DNA of 60,421 nt from an uncultured Chroococcidiopsis sp. (lineage in GTDB: Bacteria > Cyanobacteriota > Cyanobacteriia > Cyanobacteriales > Chroococcidiopsidaceae). This document shows, one piece after another, positions 41,585 through 54,353 of this stretch (its first letter is position 1; each line of letters opens with the position of its first letter). The stretch spans positions 1 through 60,421 of the forward strand of contig CAXTYC010000031.1 of NCBI GenBank assembly GCA_964248365.1, written 5' to 3'. The notes under the pieces are model-generated. The model did no database searches. It saw nothing but the letters and a program-made list of their open reading frames with translations, and was not told where the DNA came from. The translations under genes and the position numbers were made by a program.

Positions 41585-43150
41585 TCAACTTAATTGAATC
41601 CAACGTGCTACTGATGGCACTCGGTTGGTATTAGAGATGAACAGCATATACCAACCCGTTGGGGCTAGGTTGGGGTTATCTGTAATCGACACGGTTAAAG
41701 AAGTGTTATCTCTAGAGGTAATTGGCAAGTCTACTAAGCGTTGTTCTGTGTCAAGCCCGTGAGTAGTTGCCATTGGTTTGATTAAACTCACCCATTGGAT
41801 ACTTGCCGCATCGGGTGTTTGGATCGTAATTATGCCGCCATAACCGACTGATGAGGGAGCGCTATCAATCACAGGTCTTGATTGTGAGATGTATGGGGGG
41901 CTATATATTTCCAGCCGCTTTTCTTCACAAGGTATTGGTGGGTCACTATCTGGTACATTGCCATTACCATCGGATTCGTTGGCTCGTGCGGGATTTCCAC
42001 CAGCTGCAACTACTGTGCCATCTGGGAGAAGTAACGCCACTGAATGATATAAACGAATGACACTTGCTGTTGCTGCTACTGTCCAGGTATTATTTAGCGG
42101 GTCGTAGATTTCTGCTGCCAGTGTTGCTAGCGATCCATTTTCATTCTGGGCACTGCCATTACAAACAAAGACGGTGCGATCGGGCAATATAACTGCATTG
42201 TGGTGCTTGCGGGCAAAATTTAGCGGCGCGGCTGCTGTGTAAGTCGGATTACTCTGGTTGAGATCGATAATACTCACCCGATTTGTTGCCACATCGGGAT
42301 TACCACCACCAATCACCATTACTTTTTGGTCTTGGGCTGGCGGTAACAACACACTAGCACCTTGGGCGGCAGAGTCTGGCTCTTGCAGATTACCCACAGG
42401 CGTTTCAATAATCGCTTGACTGAAATCTTCAGGTAGGTTTAGTAGGCATGGTGTTACATCGTTACTGCTGCTAAAGTAAGCACCTGCATAGAAAAGTTGA
42501 CCAGTAGCCAGTAGGTAAATGTGGGCGTAGAGATCGAAGGAACTAGTTTCTTGGGAAAAAATCCTCCAGCCTGTGGAACTTGAATAAATTTCTGGGTTTC
42601 TACTCAAGTTGCCATTTATATCTAAACCAGATAAAGCAAAAATGTCACCGTTGCCCAGCGTCAATAGAGTGGGATACCAGCGACCTGCATTCATCGATGC
42701 TACCCGTGTCAACTGCTGGTTACTCGGATCGAATAGAAAAGCAGCCGTTGCGCCATGAAAGGGATCGTATTGCAATGTTCCACCCGCAATCATCAAGCGA
42801 CCATCGGAAGCGAATGATTGCCCGCCACAGAAAAGATCAACTGGCAACCCAGACGCATCAGTAGGAGCTGATTGATTAGAGAAAGTGCCGTTACTGACAT
42901 TCCAAACAACACTATCGAGGGGCGAATTCAATTGAGTCGGATTGTTGCTTGAACCAGTTAAAAAGAACACGTCGCCAGTTCGCAGTAGGGCAACATGGAT
43001 TGGTAATATGGGAGATTGGTACGGCAATACTTGCCAACTGCCTACCTGAATATTCTGAGCTATAAGGGTTTGGGAGCTTGCTTTATTTAAACGTGTAGTA
43101 GTGTCTTGTTGCTGAATCACTAAACTTACGTAGATTATTTTGCTAGCCAA
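41585..43150 (-). CDS. Galactose oxidase/glyoxal oxidase-like copper radical oxidase (Kelch + DUF1929)
   Basis: LFCGG, RWYPT, RLYHS, TH and GWYMLF motifs. Confidence 0.88.
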   Translation of the reverse strand: MASKIIYVSLVIQQQDTTTRLNKASSQTLIAQNIQVGSWQVLPYQSPILPIHVALLRTGDVFFLTGSSNNPTQLNSPLDSVVWNVSNGTFSNQSAPTDASGLPVDLFCGGQSFASDGRLMIAGGTLQYDPFHGATAAFLFDPSNQQLTRVASMNAGRWYPTLLTLGNGDIFALSGLDINGNLSRNPEIYSSSTGWRIFSQETSSFDLYAHIYLLATGQLFYAGAYFSSSNDVTPCLLNLPEDFSQAIIETPVGNLQEPDSAAQGASVLLPPAQDQKVMVIGGGNPDVATNRVSIIDLNQSNPTYTAAAPLNFARKHHNAVILPDRTVFVCNGSAQNENGSLATLAAEIYDPLNNTWTVAATASVIRLYHSVALLLPDGTVVAAGGNPARANESDGNGNVPDSDPPIPCEEKRLEIYSPPYISQSRPVIDSAPSSVGYGGIITIQTPDAASIQWVSLIKPMATTHGLDTEQRLVDLPITSRDNTSLTVSITDNPNLAPTGWYMLFISNTNRVPSVARWIQLS

Positions 43151-43273
43151 TTATACTTCACTATCCTCAAATAGTAGTTTGGATTTCAGTAATTTTCTGG
43201 TTATCCTCCCCTCGTCTCCCCAGCTCTTGTTTGGTCAGAGTCGCTAGAATAGAAGTTTGAATCAGCCCCTGAT

Positions 43274-44635
43274 ATGTCTCTTCCTATAGTTGCAATTATT
43301 GGTCGCCCGAATGTGGGCAAATCTACGATCGCCAATCGCCTTGCTGGAGTGCAGGAGGCGATTGTACATGACGAGCCTGGTGTAACACGCGATCGCACTT
43401 ATCTTCAGTCCTACTGGCGCGATCGCGAATTTTTGGTAGTCGATACTGGTGGACTGGTATTTGACGACGATACCGAGTTTTTACCTTTAATTCGCCAACA
43501 GGCAATGGCAGGATTAGCAGAAGCGACGGTGGCAATCTTTGTCGTTGATGGACAAATAGGACCAATACCAGCTGATGAAGAAATTGCCCAGTGGTTGCGT
43601 CAACAACCAGTACCAGTACTTTTAGCTGTAAATAAATGTGAATCTCCTGAACAAGGCTTGACACAAGCCGCCTCTTTTTGGGAATTGGGCTTAGGCGAAC
43701 CTTTTCCGATTTCGGGAATTCATGGCAATGGTACGGGAGAGTTGTTAGATCAGCTGATTACTTACTTGCCGCTTGTTGAAGAACTGCCCGAAACAAATGA
43801 AATTAAAGTGGCAATTGTGGGTCGCCCAAATGTAGGCAAGTCTAGCTTGTTGAACGCTTTTGTTGGGGAAAATCGCGCGATCGTCAGCCCGATTTCTGGT
43901 ACTACCCGCGATACCATTGATATGGTCGTAGAACGCAACGGGCAAACTTATCGTTTGATTGACACAGCAGGCATTCGCAAAAAGAAAAACGTCGAGTACG
44001 GACCAGAATTTTTCGGAATTAACCGCGCTTTCAAAGCAATCCGCCGCACCGATGTAGTTTTATTAGTAATAGATGCGATCGATGGAGTCACTGAGCAAGA
44101 CCAAAAATTAGCAGGGCGAATTGTCGAAGAAGGACGAGCTTGCATTGTTGTCATCAACAAGTGGGATGCTGTAGAAAAAGATTCTTACACCATCTACGAC
44201 TACGAAAAAAGTCTCAAAGAACGACTGCACTTTGTTGAATGGGCGGAAATGATCTTTGTCAGCGCCTTGACAGGACAGCGGGTGGAAAAGATTCTAGAGT
44301 TAGTTAATAATGCAGCCGTTGCTCATAAACGACGAGTCACAACGGCTGTGGTTAATGAAGTGCTAGAAGAGGCTATTAAGTGGCATTCTCCCACTGTTAG
44401 TCGCCAAGGGCGGCAGGGAAAAATTTACTACGGTACACAAGTTAGTACTTCTCCACCCACATTCGCCTTGTTTGTCAATGATGCCACACGCTTTAACGAC
44501 AACTACCGCCGCTACATTGAGCGACAATTTCGCCAACAACTCGGTTTTACTGGCACACCAATTCGGTTGTTCTGGCGGAGTAAACAAGCTCGTGATCTAG
44601 AAAGAAGCGGTGCAAATCGTGCTACCCGTGTATGA
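43274..44635 (+). CDS. der: Ribosome biogenesis GTPase Der (EngA)
   Basis: Two GRPNVGKS GTPase domains. Confidence 0.97.
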   Translation: MSLPIVAIIGRPNVGKSTIANRLAGVQEAIVHDEPGVTRDRTYLQSYWRDREFLVVDTGGLVFDDDTEFLPLIRQQAMAGLAEATVAIFVVDGQIGPIPADEEIAQWLRQQPVPVLLAVNKCESPEQGLTQAASFWELGLGEPFPISGIHGNGTGELLDQLITYLPLVEELPETNEIKVAIVGRPNVGKSSLLNAFVGENRAIVSPISGTTRDTIDMVVERNGQTYRLIDTAGIRKKKNVEYGPEFFGINRAFKAIRRTDVVLLVIDAIDGVTEQDQKLAGRIVEEGRACIVVINKWDAVEKDSYTIYDYEKSLKERLHFVEWAEMIFVSALTGQRVEKILELVNNAAVAHKRRVTTAVVNEVLEEAIKWHSPTVSRQGRQGKIYYGTQVSTSPPTFALFVNDATRFNDNYRRYIERQFRQQLGFTGTPIRLFWRSKQARDLERSGANRATRV

Positions 44636-44830
44636 AAGGCGCTGGGGCTAGGGGCTAGGGGCTAGAGGTAGGAAAAAGGGAAAAGGGGAAAGGTAAAAGG
44701 GAAAAGGTAATTCGTAATTGGTGCGCTTCGTAATTCGTAATTAATGATTCTCCCCCTCTCCCCTGATTCCCCCTCTCCCCTACTCCCTACTCTCTACTCC
44801 CTACTCCCTACTCCCTACTCCCTGTTTGAC

Positions 44831-45808
44831 ATGGATCTACTGCGATCGCTTCCATTGGGGCTTTATCTGGAACAACCGATCACGATGCTACATCGGCTTG
44901 ATCCTAGAGTAAAGCTTGCCTGGTTGTTGAGCTTTTTGGCAGCTCCAATCATGGCAACTTCTGTTTTTCGTGTTGTGTTGGTGGCGCTGCTAATTCTATT
45001 GACATTAGCTGCTGCCATTCCTTTTCGGGTATGGCGACAACAAATGGGCTGGCTATTAATACTATCCTTGTTTGTTCTGGTTTTGGGTGTAGTTAGCCCT
45101 GATGGACTGGGTGTAGACCATCAGCCTCGCTTGCCAAATGTTAAAAATTCTGAATTATTAATATTGAATAATGAATTTAATTCAGTAGTAGGGGCGGATT
45201 CAACAAACAAACCTATAAAAGATGTGACAACTCAAAAAAACCCATCCCTACAATTACATCCCTCAAACTACAAATATGTTTTGTTTGAAAAGGGAATATT
45301 TAAAATTACTCGCCGTTCGGTAGATTTAGCAGTACGTCTGTCTACCATCCTGTTTACTTTGATTTACAGCACTAACCTGTATTTACTCACAACTGCACCC
45401 GAAGAAATTACCGCCGGACTTGAAAGTTTAATGCTACCCTTACGATGGTTAAAGTTGCCTGTGACTGAAATTGCTCTAACTTTAACTTTGTCATTGCGAT
45501 TTATTCCTCTAGTCTTGGAAGAAGTGCAAAATCTGATTCGTTCGGTGCGGACACGGGCGATTAATTGGAAAAAGTTGGGTGTGAAGGGAGCTGTACAGGT
45601 ATGGATGATAGTAGCAGAGCGGCTGCTGGAAAATCTGCTATTGCGAGCAGAGCAAATGGCTAAAGCAATGACGGTGCGAGGTTTTACTAGTCCAAATCAA
45701 CATCGAGTTCAATGGCACTCTTTACGTCTAACTAGCAGAGACTGGCTTGCCTTAATATGTTTGATTGTGTTTTGGCTCGCGCGGTTAGTTTGGGGAACTG
45801 AGGCTTGA
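44831..45808 (+). CDS. ECF transporter transmembrane component T (CbiQ-like)
   Basis: HRLDPRVKL, LSLRFIP, AMTVRGF; start MDLLRS (upstream ORF extension is STRR). Confidence 0.88.
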   Translation: MDLLRSLPLGLYLEQPITMLHRLDPRVKLAWLLSFLAAPIMATSVFRVVLVALLILLTLAAAIPFRVWRQQMGWLLILSLFVLVLGVVSPDGLGVDHQPRLPNVKNSELLILNNEFNSVVGADSTNKPIKDVTTQKNPSLQLHPSNYKYVLFEKGIFKITRRSVDLAVRLSTILFTLIYSTNLYLLTTAPEEITAGLESLMLPLRWLKLPVTEIALTLTLSLRFIPLVLEEVQNLIRSVRTRAINWKKLGVKGAVQVWMIVAERLLENLLLRAEQMAKAMTVRGFTSPNQHRVQWHSLRLTSRDWLALICLIVFWLARLVWGTEA

Positions 45809-45811
45809 ACT

Positions 45812-47494
<1,683 letters not shown>

Positions 47495-47640
47495 GGGCGC
47501 GCGTGAGAGATGGGGAAGCAAAAGGAAGCTGGGGAAGCTGGGGGAAAAGCCTCTTGCTTCCTTTTGCTTACTTTTGCTCCCTTTTGCTCCCTTTTGCTTT
47601 TCCCTAGCCCCTAGCCCCTAACCCCTAGCCCCTCATTTTC

Positions 47641-48042
47641 ATGTTTAGACTAGGAACAGATATCGTTTATATTCCTCGGATTCAAGCATCTGTTGAGCGA
47701 TTTGGCGATCGCTTTAGGCAGCGTGTCTATACGCCTGCTGAACAACTTGATTGTGGCTGGGAGAAAAACTCACTCAGTCGAGCCTCGATTAACAAACTGG
47801 CTGGACGCTGGGCGGCTAAGGAAGCTGTTGTAAAGGCGCTGGGTACTGGGTGGCGCGGTGTGGGCTACACTGATATTGAAATTCGTAGCCAACTGGGTGG
47901 CGCACCTGTTGTGCATCTACACGGACGGGCAATAGTCAAAGTAGAAGCAAGGCATCAAGTGGAATGGCAATTGAGTATAAGTCATGACGGAGATTATGCG
48001 ATCGCTACTGCACTCCTGATTTACAAAGCTGTTAGCGGTTAG
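47641..48042 (+). CDS. acpS: Holo-[acyl-carrier-protein] synthase, AcpS type
   Basis: 133 aa; GTDIV, AGRWAAKEAVVKALG, SISHD. Confidence 0.9.
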   Translation: MFRLGTDIVYIPRIQASVERFGDRFRQRVYTPAEQLDCGWEKNSLSRASINKLAGRWAAKEAVVKALGTGWRGVGYTDIEIRSQLGGAPVVHLHGRAIVKVEARHQVEWQLSISHDGDYAIATALLIYKAVSG

Positions 48043-48230
48043 CAGTTACCAGTTACCAGTTACCAGTTCTAAAAGCTAAAAGCTAATCGCTAAAAGCTAA
48101 TATAGTGCGCTCAAATCAAGCTATTATCTGCATAGCGTGCGTGACTGTATCCCACAAGGGTGGTGGTCTTTCTAGCATCAATTGCTTTTTTAGGTTTGAT
48201 TTTAATATATTTTCCTAGCGTTAATAGTTG

Positions 48231-48500
48231 ATGAACACAGAAAATTACTTAAATCATCCAATCTTCGGATTGCTGTTTAGGATTTGTTTACTAGAGGAAC
48301 ACCAAGAACTATTCACCACCCTCTACGCCCAGCGTTTATTTTTCCTGGTGACAACTGAAGCCACAGGCGTTAAGTTTGAACCTATAGGACGAAACGATGC
48401 CCGTTTGATGATGGAAAATCGTTTACGTCTGCTCCGTCGCAGCGGTCAATACCAGGAGTACGATCAACTTCAGAAGATTCTGCAAAGCACTTTTCAATGA
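48231..48500 (+). CDS. pipX: PII-interacting protein X
   Basis: YLNHP.FGLL, LFTTLYAQRLFF; pipX-pipY-sepF-proC order. Confidence 0.95.
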   Translation: MNTENYLNHPIFGLLFRICLLEEHQELFTTLYAQRLFFLVTTEATGVKFEPIGRNDARLMMENRLRLLRRSGQYQEYDQLQKILQSTFQ

Positions 48501-49165
48501 CTAGTTTGATTGCCCACCGTATTGCTTTGATTCGTCAACAGCTTCCAGCTTCCGTCCGGCTAATTGCTGTCACTAAGCAAGTACCTGTCGCAGCCATGCG
48601 AGAAGCATACAATGCCGGAATTCGGGATTTTGGTGAAAGCCGTATCCAAGAAGCAACAACCAAACAACAGCAACTGCAAGATCTAACAGATATTACTTGG
48701 CACTTAATTGGCAGTTTGCAAAGCAATAAAGCTAAAAAAGCCTTAGAACTGTTTCAATGGATTCATTCATTAGACAGTTTGAAGCTAGCACAGCGCTTAG
48801 ACCATTTGGCACAAGAACTGTCTTGCCGACCACAAGTTTGTCTACAAGTCAAGCTACTTAGCGATCCAAATAAATCCGGTTGGACTGTTCCTTCCCTTCT
48901 AGCTGATCTGCCCTTTCTTAATCAATGCCGCCATTTGCACATTCGGGGATTGATGTCTATTCCTCCCTTGGAATTAACTTCTTCAGAGATTTTGAACTTT
49001 TTTGAGCAAACGCGCGAACTTGCTGATAAAATTAGGCAACAAAATTTTTCCCATATTCAAATGCAGGAGTTGTCAATGGGTATGTCAGAAGACTATCACT
49101 TGGCAGTACAAGCTGGTGCAACAATGATACGCTTAGGGCGAACCCTGTTTGGAGAACGACCATAA
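48497..49165 (+). CDS. pipY: YggS/PLPBP family PLP-binding protein
   Basis: LIAVTK, FGESRIQE, WHLIGSLQSNK, LSMGMS. Confidence 0.93.
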   Translation: MTSLIAHRIALIRQQLPASVRLIAVTKQVPVAAMREAYNAGIRDFGESRIQEATTKQQQLQDLTDITWHLIGSLQSNKAKKALELFQWIHSLDSLKLAQRLDHLAQELSCRPQVCLQVKLLSDPNKSGWTVPSLLADLPFLNQCRHLHIRGLMSIPPLELTSSEILNFFEQTRELADKIRQQNFSHIQMQELSMGMSEDYHLAVQAGATMIRLGRTLFGERP

Positions 49166-49642
49166 GAATTACTAATTCCGAATTTGCAATTGGTAATTTG
49201 TAATTCTAGATACCTCGCCTAAACATCTAAGCGGCTTTTGTAGAGAGCAGTTCGCCTTAGTACGTTTAGGACGAATTCTGTTTGGATAAAGACTATAAGA
49301 ATTCATAATTCGTAATTTGTAATTCTAGATACCTCGCCAGGTGCGCCTCTCGCCACTAGCCTTTAAGAACAACCCAAATAGAATATTAAAAACATCTTGC
49401 CAATTGATAACTAACGGTATAGTATTGTCGCAAATAAAAAACAAAGAAAAAACCGGAGGCTTACAAGCTGGATTTTTGAGTATTGACATATTAGCGCTCA
49501 GAAAATATTAATATATGTAGGCAAATAAAGAAAGAGCGTGAAAATTAGATAAAATATTCTTCCATCATTGCTTATCCAACGCTTGATCAAAACGGTTTTT
49601 TCTAGTTAACTATAACTGTGCATCGTAAGGGAGAGTGAACAA

Positions 49643-50227
49643 GTGAATAAGATCTTTACTAAACTAAAAGATTTTGTTGGTTTAAATGAGCCACAAGAAT
49701 ACGAAGACTACGATTACATAGAAGAAGGGGAGGAATATCCAAATCAATATCAGCCAGAACACCCGCAACCCATACAAGAAGAAGAGATGCGTCGGCGGCG
49801 GGGGGGGCGACAAATATTTATGGCGACAGATGCAGGAATAGGAACACAAATGGGTAAAGTGATCGATATGCCAATGAATGGAAATTACGAAGTAGTATTA
49901 ATGGAGCCGCGTTCCTTTGATGAAATGCCTCAAGCAATTGAGGCATTGCGGGAGCGCAAGATGGTAGTGCTAAACCTGACGATGATGGAACCAGATCAGG
50001 CACAACGAGCCGTAGATTTTGTTGCAGGCGGCACGTATGCTATGAATGGGCATCAAGAGCGAGTCGGCGAAAGTATCTTTCTGTTTACGCCGCTTTGTGT
50101 ACAAGTTACTACTTCTTCTGGAATTGTGCATGAAGCACTACAATCTTCTCCTATGCGCGCTGGACGAGTTAATGCCCCTACTCCGGCTTGGACAGGGGAA
50201 ACTACTAGAATTGCTCAATCAGGTTAA
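49643..50227 (+). CDS. sepF: Cell division protein SepF
   Basis: [24 protein letters not shown]. Confidence 0.93.
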   Translation: MNKIFTKLKDFVGLNEPQEYEDYDYIEEGEEYPNQYQPEHPQPIQEEEMRRRRGGRQIFMATDAGIGTQMGKVIDMPMNGNYEVVLMEPRSFDEMPQAIEALRERKMVVLNLTMMEPDQAQRAVDFVAGGTYAMNGHQERVGESIFLFTPLCVQVTTSSGIVHEALQSSPMRAGRVNAPTPAWTGETTRIAQSG

Positions 50228-50538
50228 AGTTTTGCTTGGAATTTGTAGGGGCGCAACGAGTAGCAATAATGGTAAGTAGTAAGTCAAAAACCAAATGGTA
50301 TCACAAGCGCCCCTTTACAAGAAAAACAGAAATTGGAATAGAAACCCAAAAATTCAGTTGGCTTTGCCCGATTAGTTTAACAAATCTGTAGGTTTTTTAA
50401 GTGGGTTATTATTTAGCCAGGGTTATAAATCTTACAAGGAATTAGAAAAAGAATTAAGTAGTTTTACAGTTAGACTAAAGTAAACTGTAAGCTTGAATAT
50501 TCGGTTTTTCTGATAAAATTATTGAGATAGACTGCCCG

Positions 50539-51399
50539 TTGGGGCGTTGTGATTTTACAAGGTTAGTTCAGTTGTCTTTTAAGTTTGGCATCATTGGCGG
50601 CGGGGTAATGGGAGAAGCGCTATTATCCCGCTTAATTGCACGAAAGGTTTATAAATCATCAGAGGTTATAGTTAGTGAACCATCATCCTCACGTCGCAGC
50701 TTTTTGCAGCAGCAGTATGGCGTTGAAGTGACAGGAGAAAATCGGCGGGTGTTGTTAGAAACATCCGTAGTTTTATTGGCTGTAAAACCACAAATATTTG
50801 ATCAGATCGCCCAACAAATAGCAGAGGCGATCGCTATACTCAACCATGAATCATCACCCCTACCATTAGTAATTTCCATCTTGGCAGGTGTGTCATTGAG
50901 CAAAATAGAGTCAGCTTGCCCAATGGCGGTAATTCGAGCAATGCCTAACACCCCAGCAACAGTAGGGGCAGGTATGACAGCAATTAGTTTGGGTACAAAT
51001 ACTGATGAATGTCACAGACAAACAGCCCAAAAACTATTTGTGGCGGTAGGAGAAGTCGTAGAAGTACCAGAAACACTGATGGATGCAGTCACTGGGCTAT
51101 CCGGTTCGGGACCTGCTTTTGTAGCGATGATGGTAGAAGCATTATCCGACGGCGGTGTAGCAGCAGGTTTACCAAGAGCGCTCGCTCAACAGCTTGCCCT
51201 ACAAACAGTTAGGGGAACAGTGCAGCTATTAAAAGAAAAAGGCATCCACCCAGGCGAACTGAAAGACAACGTTACTAGTCCAGGCGGTACTACCATAGCT
51301 GGAGTAGCAGCCCTAGAAAGCGCCGGATTTCGCTCAGCCTTGATCGAAGCAGTCGTAGCGGCGACAAAGCGATCGCAAGAATTAGGGGCTGGGGGCTAG
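50539..51399 (+). CDS. proC: Pyrroline-5-carboxylate reductase (true start likely ~50572)
   Basis: GGGVMG, RAMPNTP, SGSGPA, VTSPGGTT. Confidence 0.95.
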   Translation: MGRCDFTRLVQLSFKFGIIGGGVMGEALLSRLIARKVYKSSEVIVSEPSSSRRSFLQQQYGVEVTGENRRVLLETSVVLLAVKPQIFDQIAQQIAEAIAILNHESSPLPLVISILAGVSLSKIESACPMAVIRAMPNTPATVGAGMTAISLGTNTDECHRQTAQKLFVAVGEVVEVPETLMDAVTGLSGSGPAFVAMMVEALSDGGVAAGLPRALAQQLALQTVRGTVQLLKEKGIHPGELKDNVTSPGGTTIAGVAALESAGFRSALIEAVVAATKRSQELGAGG

Positions 51400-51561
51400 G
51401 GGCTAGGGGCTAGGGGCTGGGGAGAGGGGGAGAGTGGGAGAGTGGGAGAGTGGGAGAGTGGGAGATAAATATATTATATTTACTAGCCTCTAGCCTCTAG
51501 CCTCTAACCTCTGGTTCCTCTAGCCTCTAGCCTCTAGCCTCTAGCCCCTAGCCTCTAGCCT
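51385..51561. repeat. STRR arrays (GGGGCTA)n, (GGGAGAGT)n and opposing (TAGCCTC)n; similar arrays at 22430-22560, 24620-24705, 30890-31005, 44640-44820, 47478-47635
   Basis: Short tandem 7-8-mer repeats visible directly in the sequence. Confidence 0.9.
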
Positions 51562-51632
51562 AAGCGCCCCTGATATACACTTGACCGTTTACAATTTATG
51601 TAATAAGCAATATCTCTTGAAATTATTATTAA

Positions 51633-54308
51633 GTGAACCCCCAACTGCTGAGCGAAGTCGATCTAAAGAACATATTTCCGTTTGAGCTAGATGAGTTTCA
51701 ACTTGGGGCGATCGCGGCTTTGAATGCTGGTCGTTCAGTTGTTGTCTGTGCGCCTACTGGTTCTGGAAAAACTTTAATTGGGGAATACGCCATATATCGC
51801 GCCCTAGAAGGGGGAAAGCGAGTGTTTTATACCACCCCCTTGAAAGCGTTGTCGAATCAAAAACTACGGGACTTCCGCGATCGCTTTGGGGCTGAAAGAG
51901 TCGGTTTATTAACTGGCGATGTTTCCATTAACCGCGATGCCCCGATTGTGGTGATGACGACAGAAATTTTCCGCAATATGCTATATGGGACACCCATCGG
52001 CGAAGTTGGAACCTCTCTGGTAGATGTAGAGGCGGTAGTGCTAGATGAATGCCACTACATGAACGATCGCCAACGCGGTACAGTATGGGAAGAATCAATT
52101 ATCTATTGCCCAGCAGAAATTCAACTAGTAGCTCTTTCCGCTACGATTGCCAATAGCGATCAGCTAACAGACTGGATCGATCAAGTACATGGTTCAACTG
52201 AGCTAATTTACTCAGACTTTCGCCCCGTTCCTCTAGAATTTCACTTTGGTAATACAAAAGGGTTATTTCCCTTACTGGACAAAAACACCCGAAAAATTAA
52301 TCCCCGTCTCAAATCGAAACGAGGTACAAGCAACTTTGTCAAAGGCGATCGCAAGCAAGGTCCCAGACCAGAAGCTCCCAGTATAGAATACATCCTAGGG
52401 CATTTATACGCCAGAGATATGCTTCCGGCAATTTACTTTATCTTTAGCCGTCGGGGTTGCGACAAAGCAGTAGAAGAACTGGGAACTGTATCGCTGGTAA
52501 ATGAAGCAGAAGCAGCACAATTAAAGTCGCAAATTGACGAATTTTTACGGCGAAATCCAGATGCTGGTCGTTCTGGGCAAATTGAGCCGCTATATCGTGG
52601 CATTGCGGCACATCATGCCGGAATTTTACCAGCCTGGAAGGGTTTAGTGGAAGAACTATTTCAGCAAGGGTTAATTAAAGTAGTATTCGCTACAGAAACT
52701 TTAGCAGCTGGAATTAATATGCCTGCTCGGACAACAGTGATTTCTACCCTTTCCAAACGTACCGACAGAGGACACCGACTGCTAAATGCTTCGGAATTCT
52801 TGCAAATGGCAGGAAGGGCTGGGCGTAGAGGCATGGATAAACTCGGTCATGTGGTGACGCTGCAAACACCATTTGAAGGAGCCAAAGAAGCATATTACCT
52901 AGCCACAGCTAAGGCAGATCCCCTAGTTAGCCAGTTTACGCCAAGTTATGGCATGGTGTTGAATTTGCTGCAAACTCATACCTTAGAGGAAGCCAAGGAA
53001 CTAGTAGAACGCAGTTTCGGGCAGTATCTAGCGACGTTGTATTTGAAGCCTCAGTATGAAGAAATAGAACATCTGGAAAACCAACTTGAACATCTAGAAG
53101 TTCAGATGGAATCTATAGATGCGGGGCAGTTAAATCAATATGAGAAATTGCGGCAAAGGCTGAAAGTTGAACGCCAACTGTTGAAAACGCTGGAAGAACA
53201 AGCCCTAGAGGCGCGATATGAACAATTAAGCCTGACGATTAATTTTGCTATGTCAGGAACTTTGCTGAGTTTGCGGGGTAAAAATGTGCCAACCGCATCA
53301 CCCATACCAGCTGTGTTGGTGACTAAAATCCCAGGCTCTGGTCAATCTCCTTACTTTATCTGCTTAAGTAATGATAATCGCTGGTATATAGCCACAACTG
53401 GGGATATAGCGGATTTATATGCCGAATTGCCACGATTGGATATTCCCAGCCATCTCATGCCACCCGCAGATATGCCCCCCAAACCAGGGCAAACGAGGCG
53501 AGGGAACGAAGAAACAGCAGCGATCGCACGGGCAATTCCCAACTTAGCCCAATGGCACACTGCACCCGAAGTATTAGCGCAACAACAACGGGCGATCGCC
53601 ATCCAAGAGCAAATAAATGCTCATCCTATGCATAACTTGGGTAATCCGTCAAGCATTCTCAAACGCAAGACGAAAATTAGTCAGTTGCAAGCAGAAATAG
53701 TCGAGCGACGAGCAGAGTTAGACGGTTACTCTCATCGCCATTGGGAGGAATTTGTTCACCTAATTGAAATTTTGCAGCGATTCGGTTGTCTAGACGAACT
53801 GAAGCCTACACGTTTAGGGCAAATCGCAGCAGCAGTGCGGGGAGATAATGAATTGTGGCTGGGTTTGGCTTTAGCCAGTGGTGCATTTGACGATCTTGCA
53901 CCTCATCATCTAGCAGCAGCAGTTGCAGCTCTTGTGACTGAAACACCGCGCCCAGATAGTTGGGTACGTTATCCCCTGTCGGCTGAAGTAGAGGAAGCTT
54001 TAGCCGAAGTACGCTCTACTCGTCGTCAATTGTTCCAGTTGCAACGCCGATATAATGTTACTCTGCCCATCTGGTTGGAGTATGATTTAGTGCCGTTGTT
54101 AGAACAGTGGGCGCTAGGGGTGGAATGGTTAGAACTGTGCTCTAATACAAGTTTGGATGAAGGCGATGTCGTGCGGCTTTTACGCCGGACGTTGGATTTA
54201 TTATCCCAAATACCTCACATTCCCCATATATCAACATCCTTACAGCGCAATGCTTATCGTGCTATGCAGCTGTTGGATCGCTTCCCAGTCAATGAGGTGG
54301 CTGAATAA
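51633..54308 (+). CDS. Ski2/HelY-like DEAD/DEAH-box RNA helicase with DSHCT domain
   Basis: APTGSGKT, DECH, ATETLAAGINMPA, QMAGRAGRRG, DEGDVVR. Confidence 0.93.
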   Translation: MNPQLLSEVDLKNIFPFELDEFQLGAIAALNAGRSVVVCAPTGSGKTLIGEYAIYRALEGGKRVFYTTPLKALSNQKLRDFRDRFGAERVGLLTGDVSINRDAPIVVMTTEIFRNMLYGTPIGEVGTSLVDVEAVVLDECHYMNDRQRGTVWEESIIYCPAEIQLVALSATIANSDQLTDWIDQVHGSTELIYSDFRPVPLEFHFGNTKGLFPLLDKNTRKINPRLKSKRGTSNFVKGDRKQGPRPEAPSIEYILGHLYARDMLPAIYFIFSRRGCDKAVEELGTVSLVNEAEAAQLKSQIDEFLRRNPDAGRSGQIEPLYRGIAAHHAGILPAWKGLVEELFQQGLIKVVFATETLAAGINMPARTTVISTLSKRTDRGHRLLNASEFLQMAGRAGRRGMDKLGHVVTLQTPFEGAKEAYYLATAKADPLVSQFTPSYGMVLNLLQTHTLEEAKELVERSFGQYLATLYLKPQYEEIEHLENQLEHLEVQMESIDAGQLNQYEKLRQRLKVERQLLKTLEEQALEARYEQLSLTINFAMSGTLLSLRGKNVPTASPIPAVLVTKIPGSGQSPYFICLSNDNRWYIATTGDIADLYAELPRLDIPSHLMPPADMPPKPGQTRRGNEETAAIARAIPNLAQWHTAPEVLAQQQRAIAIQEQINAHPMHNLGNPSSILKRKTKISQLQAEIVERRAELDGYSHRHWEEFVHLIEILQRFGCLDELKPTRLGQIAAAVRGDNELWLGLALASGAFDDLAPHHLAAAVAALVTETPRPDSWVRYPLSAEVEEALAEVRSTRRQLFQLQRRYNVTLPIWLEYDLVPLLEQWALGVEWLELCSNTSLDEGDVVRLLRRTLDLLSQIPHIPHISTSLQRNAYRAMQLLDRFPVNEVAE

Positions 54309-54353
54309 TAGCTATTGCGGTCACCACCTTTCGAATATACAACAGGGAGCCTT

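Noticed and set aside
44744..44830. N-terminal extension of the ECF-T ORF (LLPTLYSLLPTPYS)
   Set aside because: Translation of CTCCCTA STRR repeats; the real start is most likely ATG 44831.
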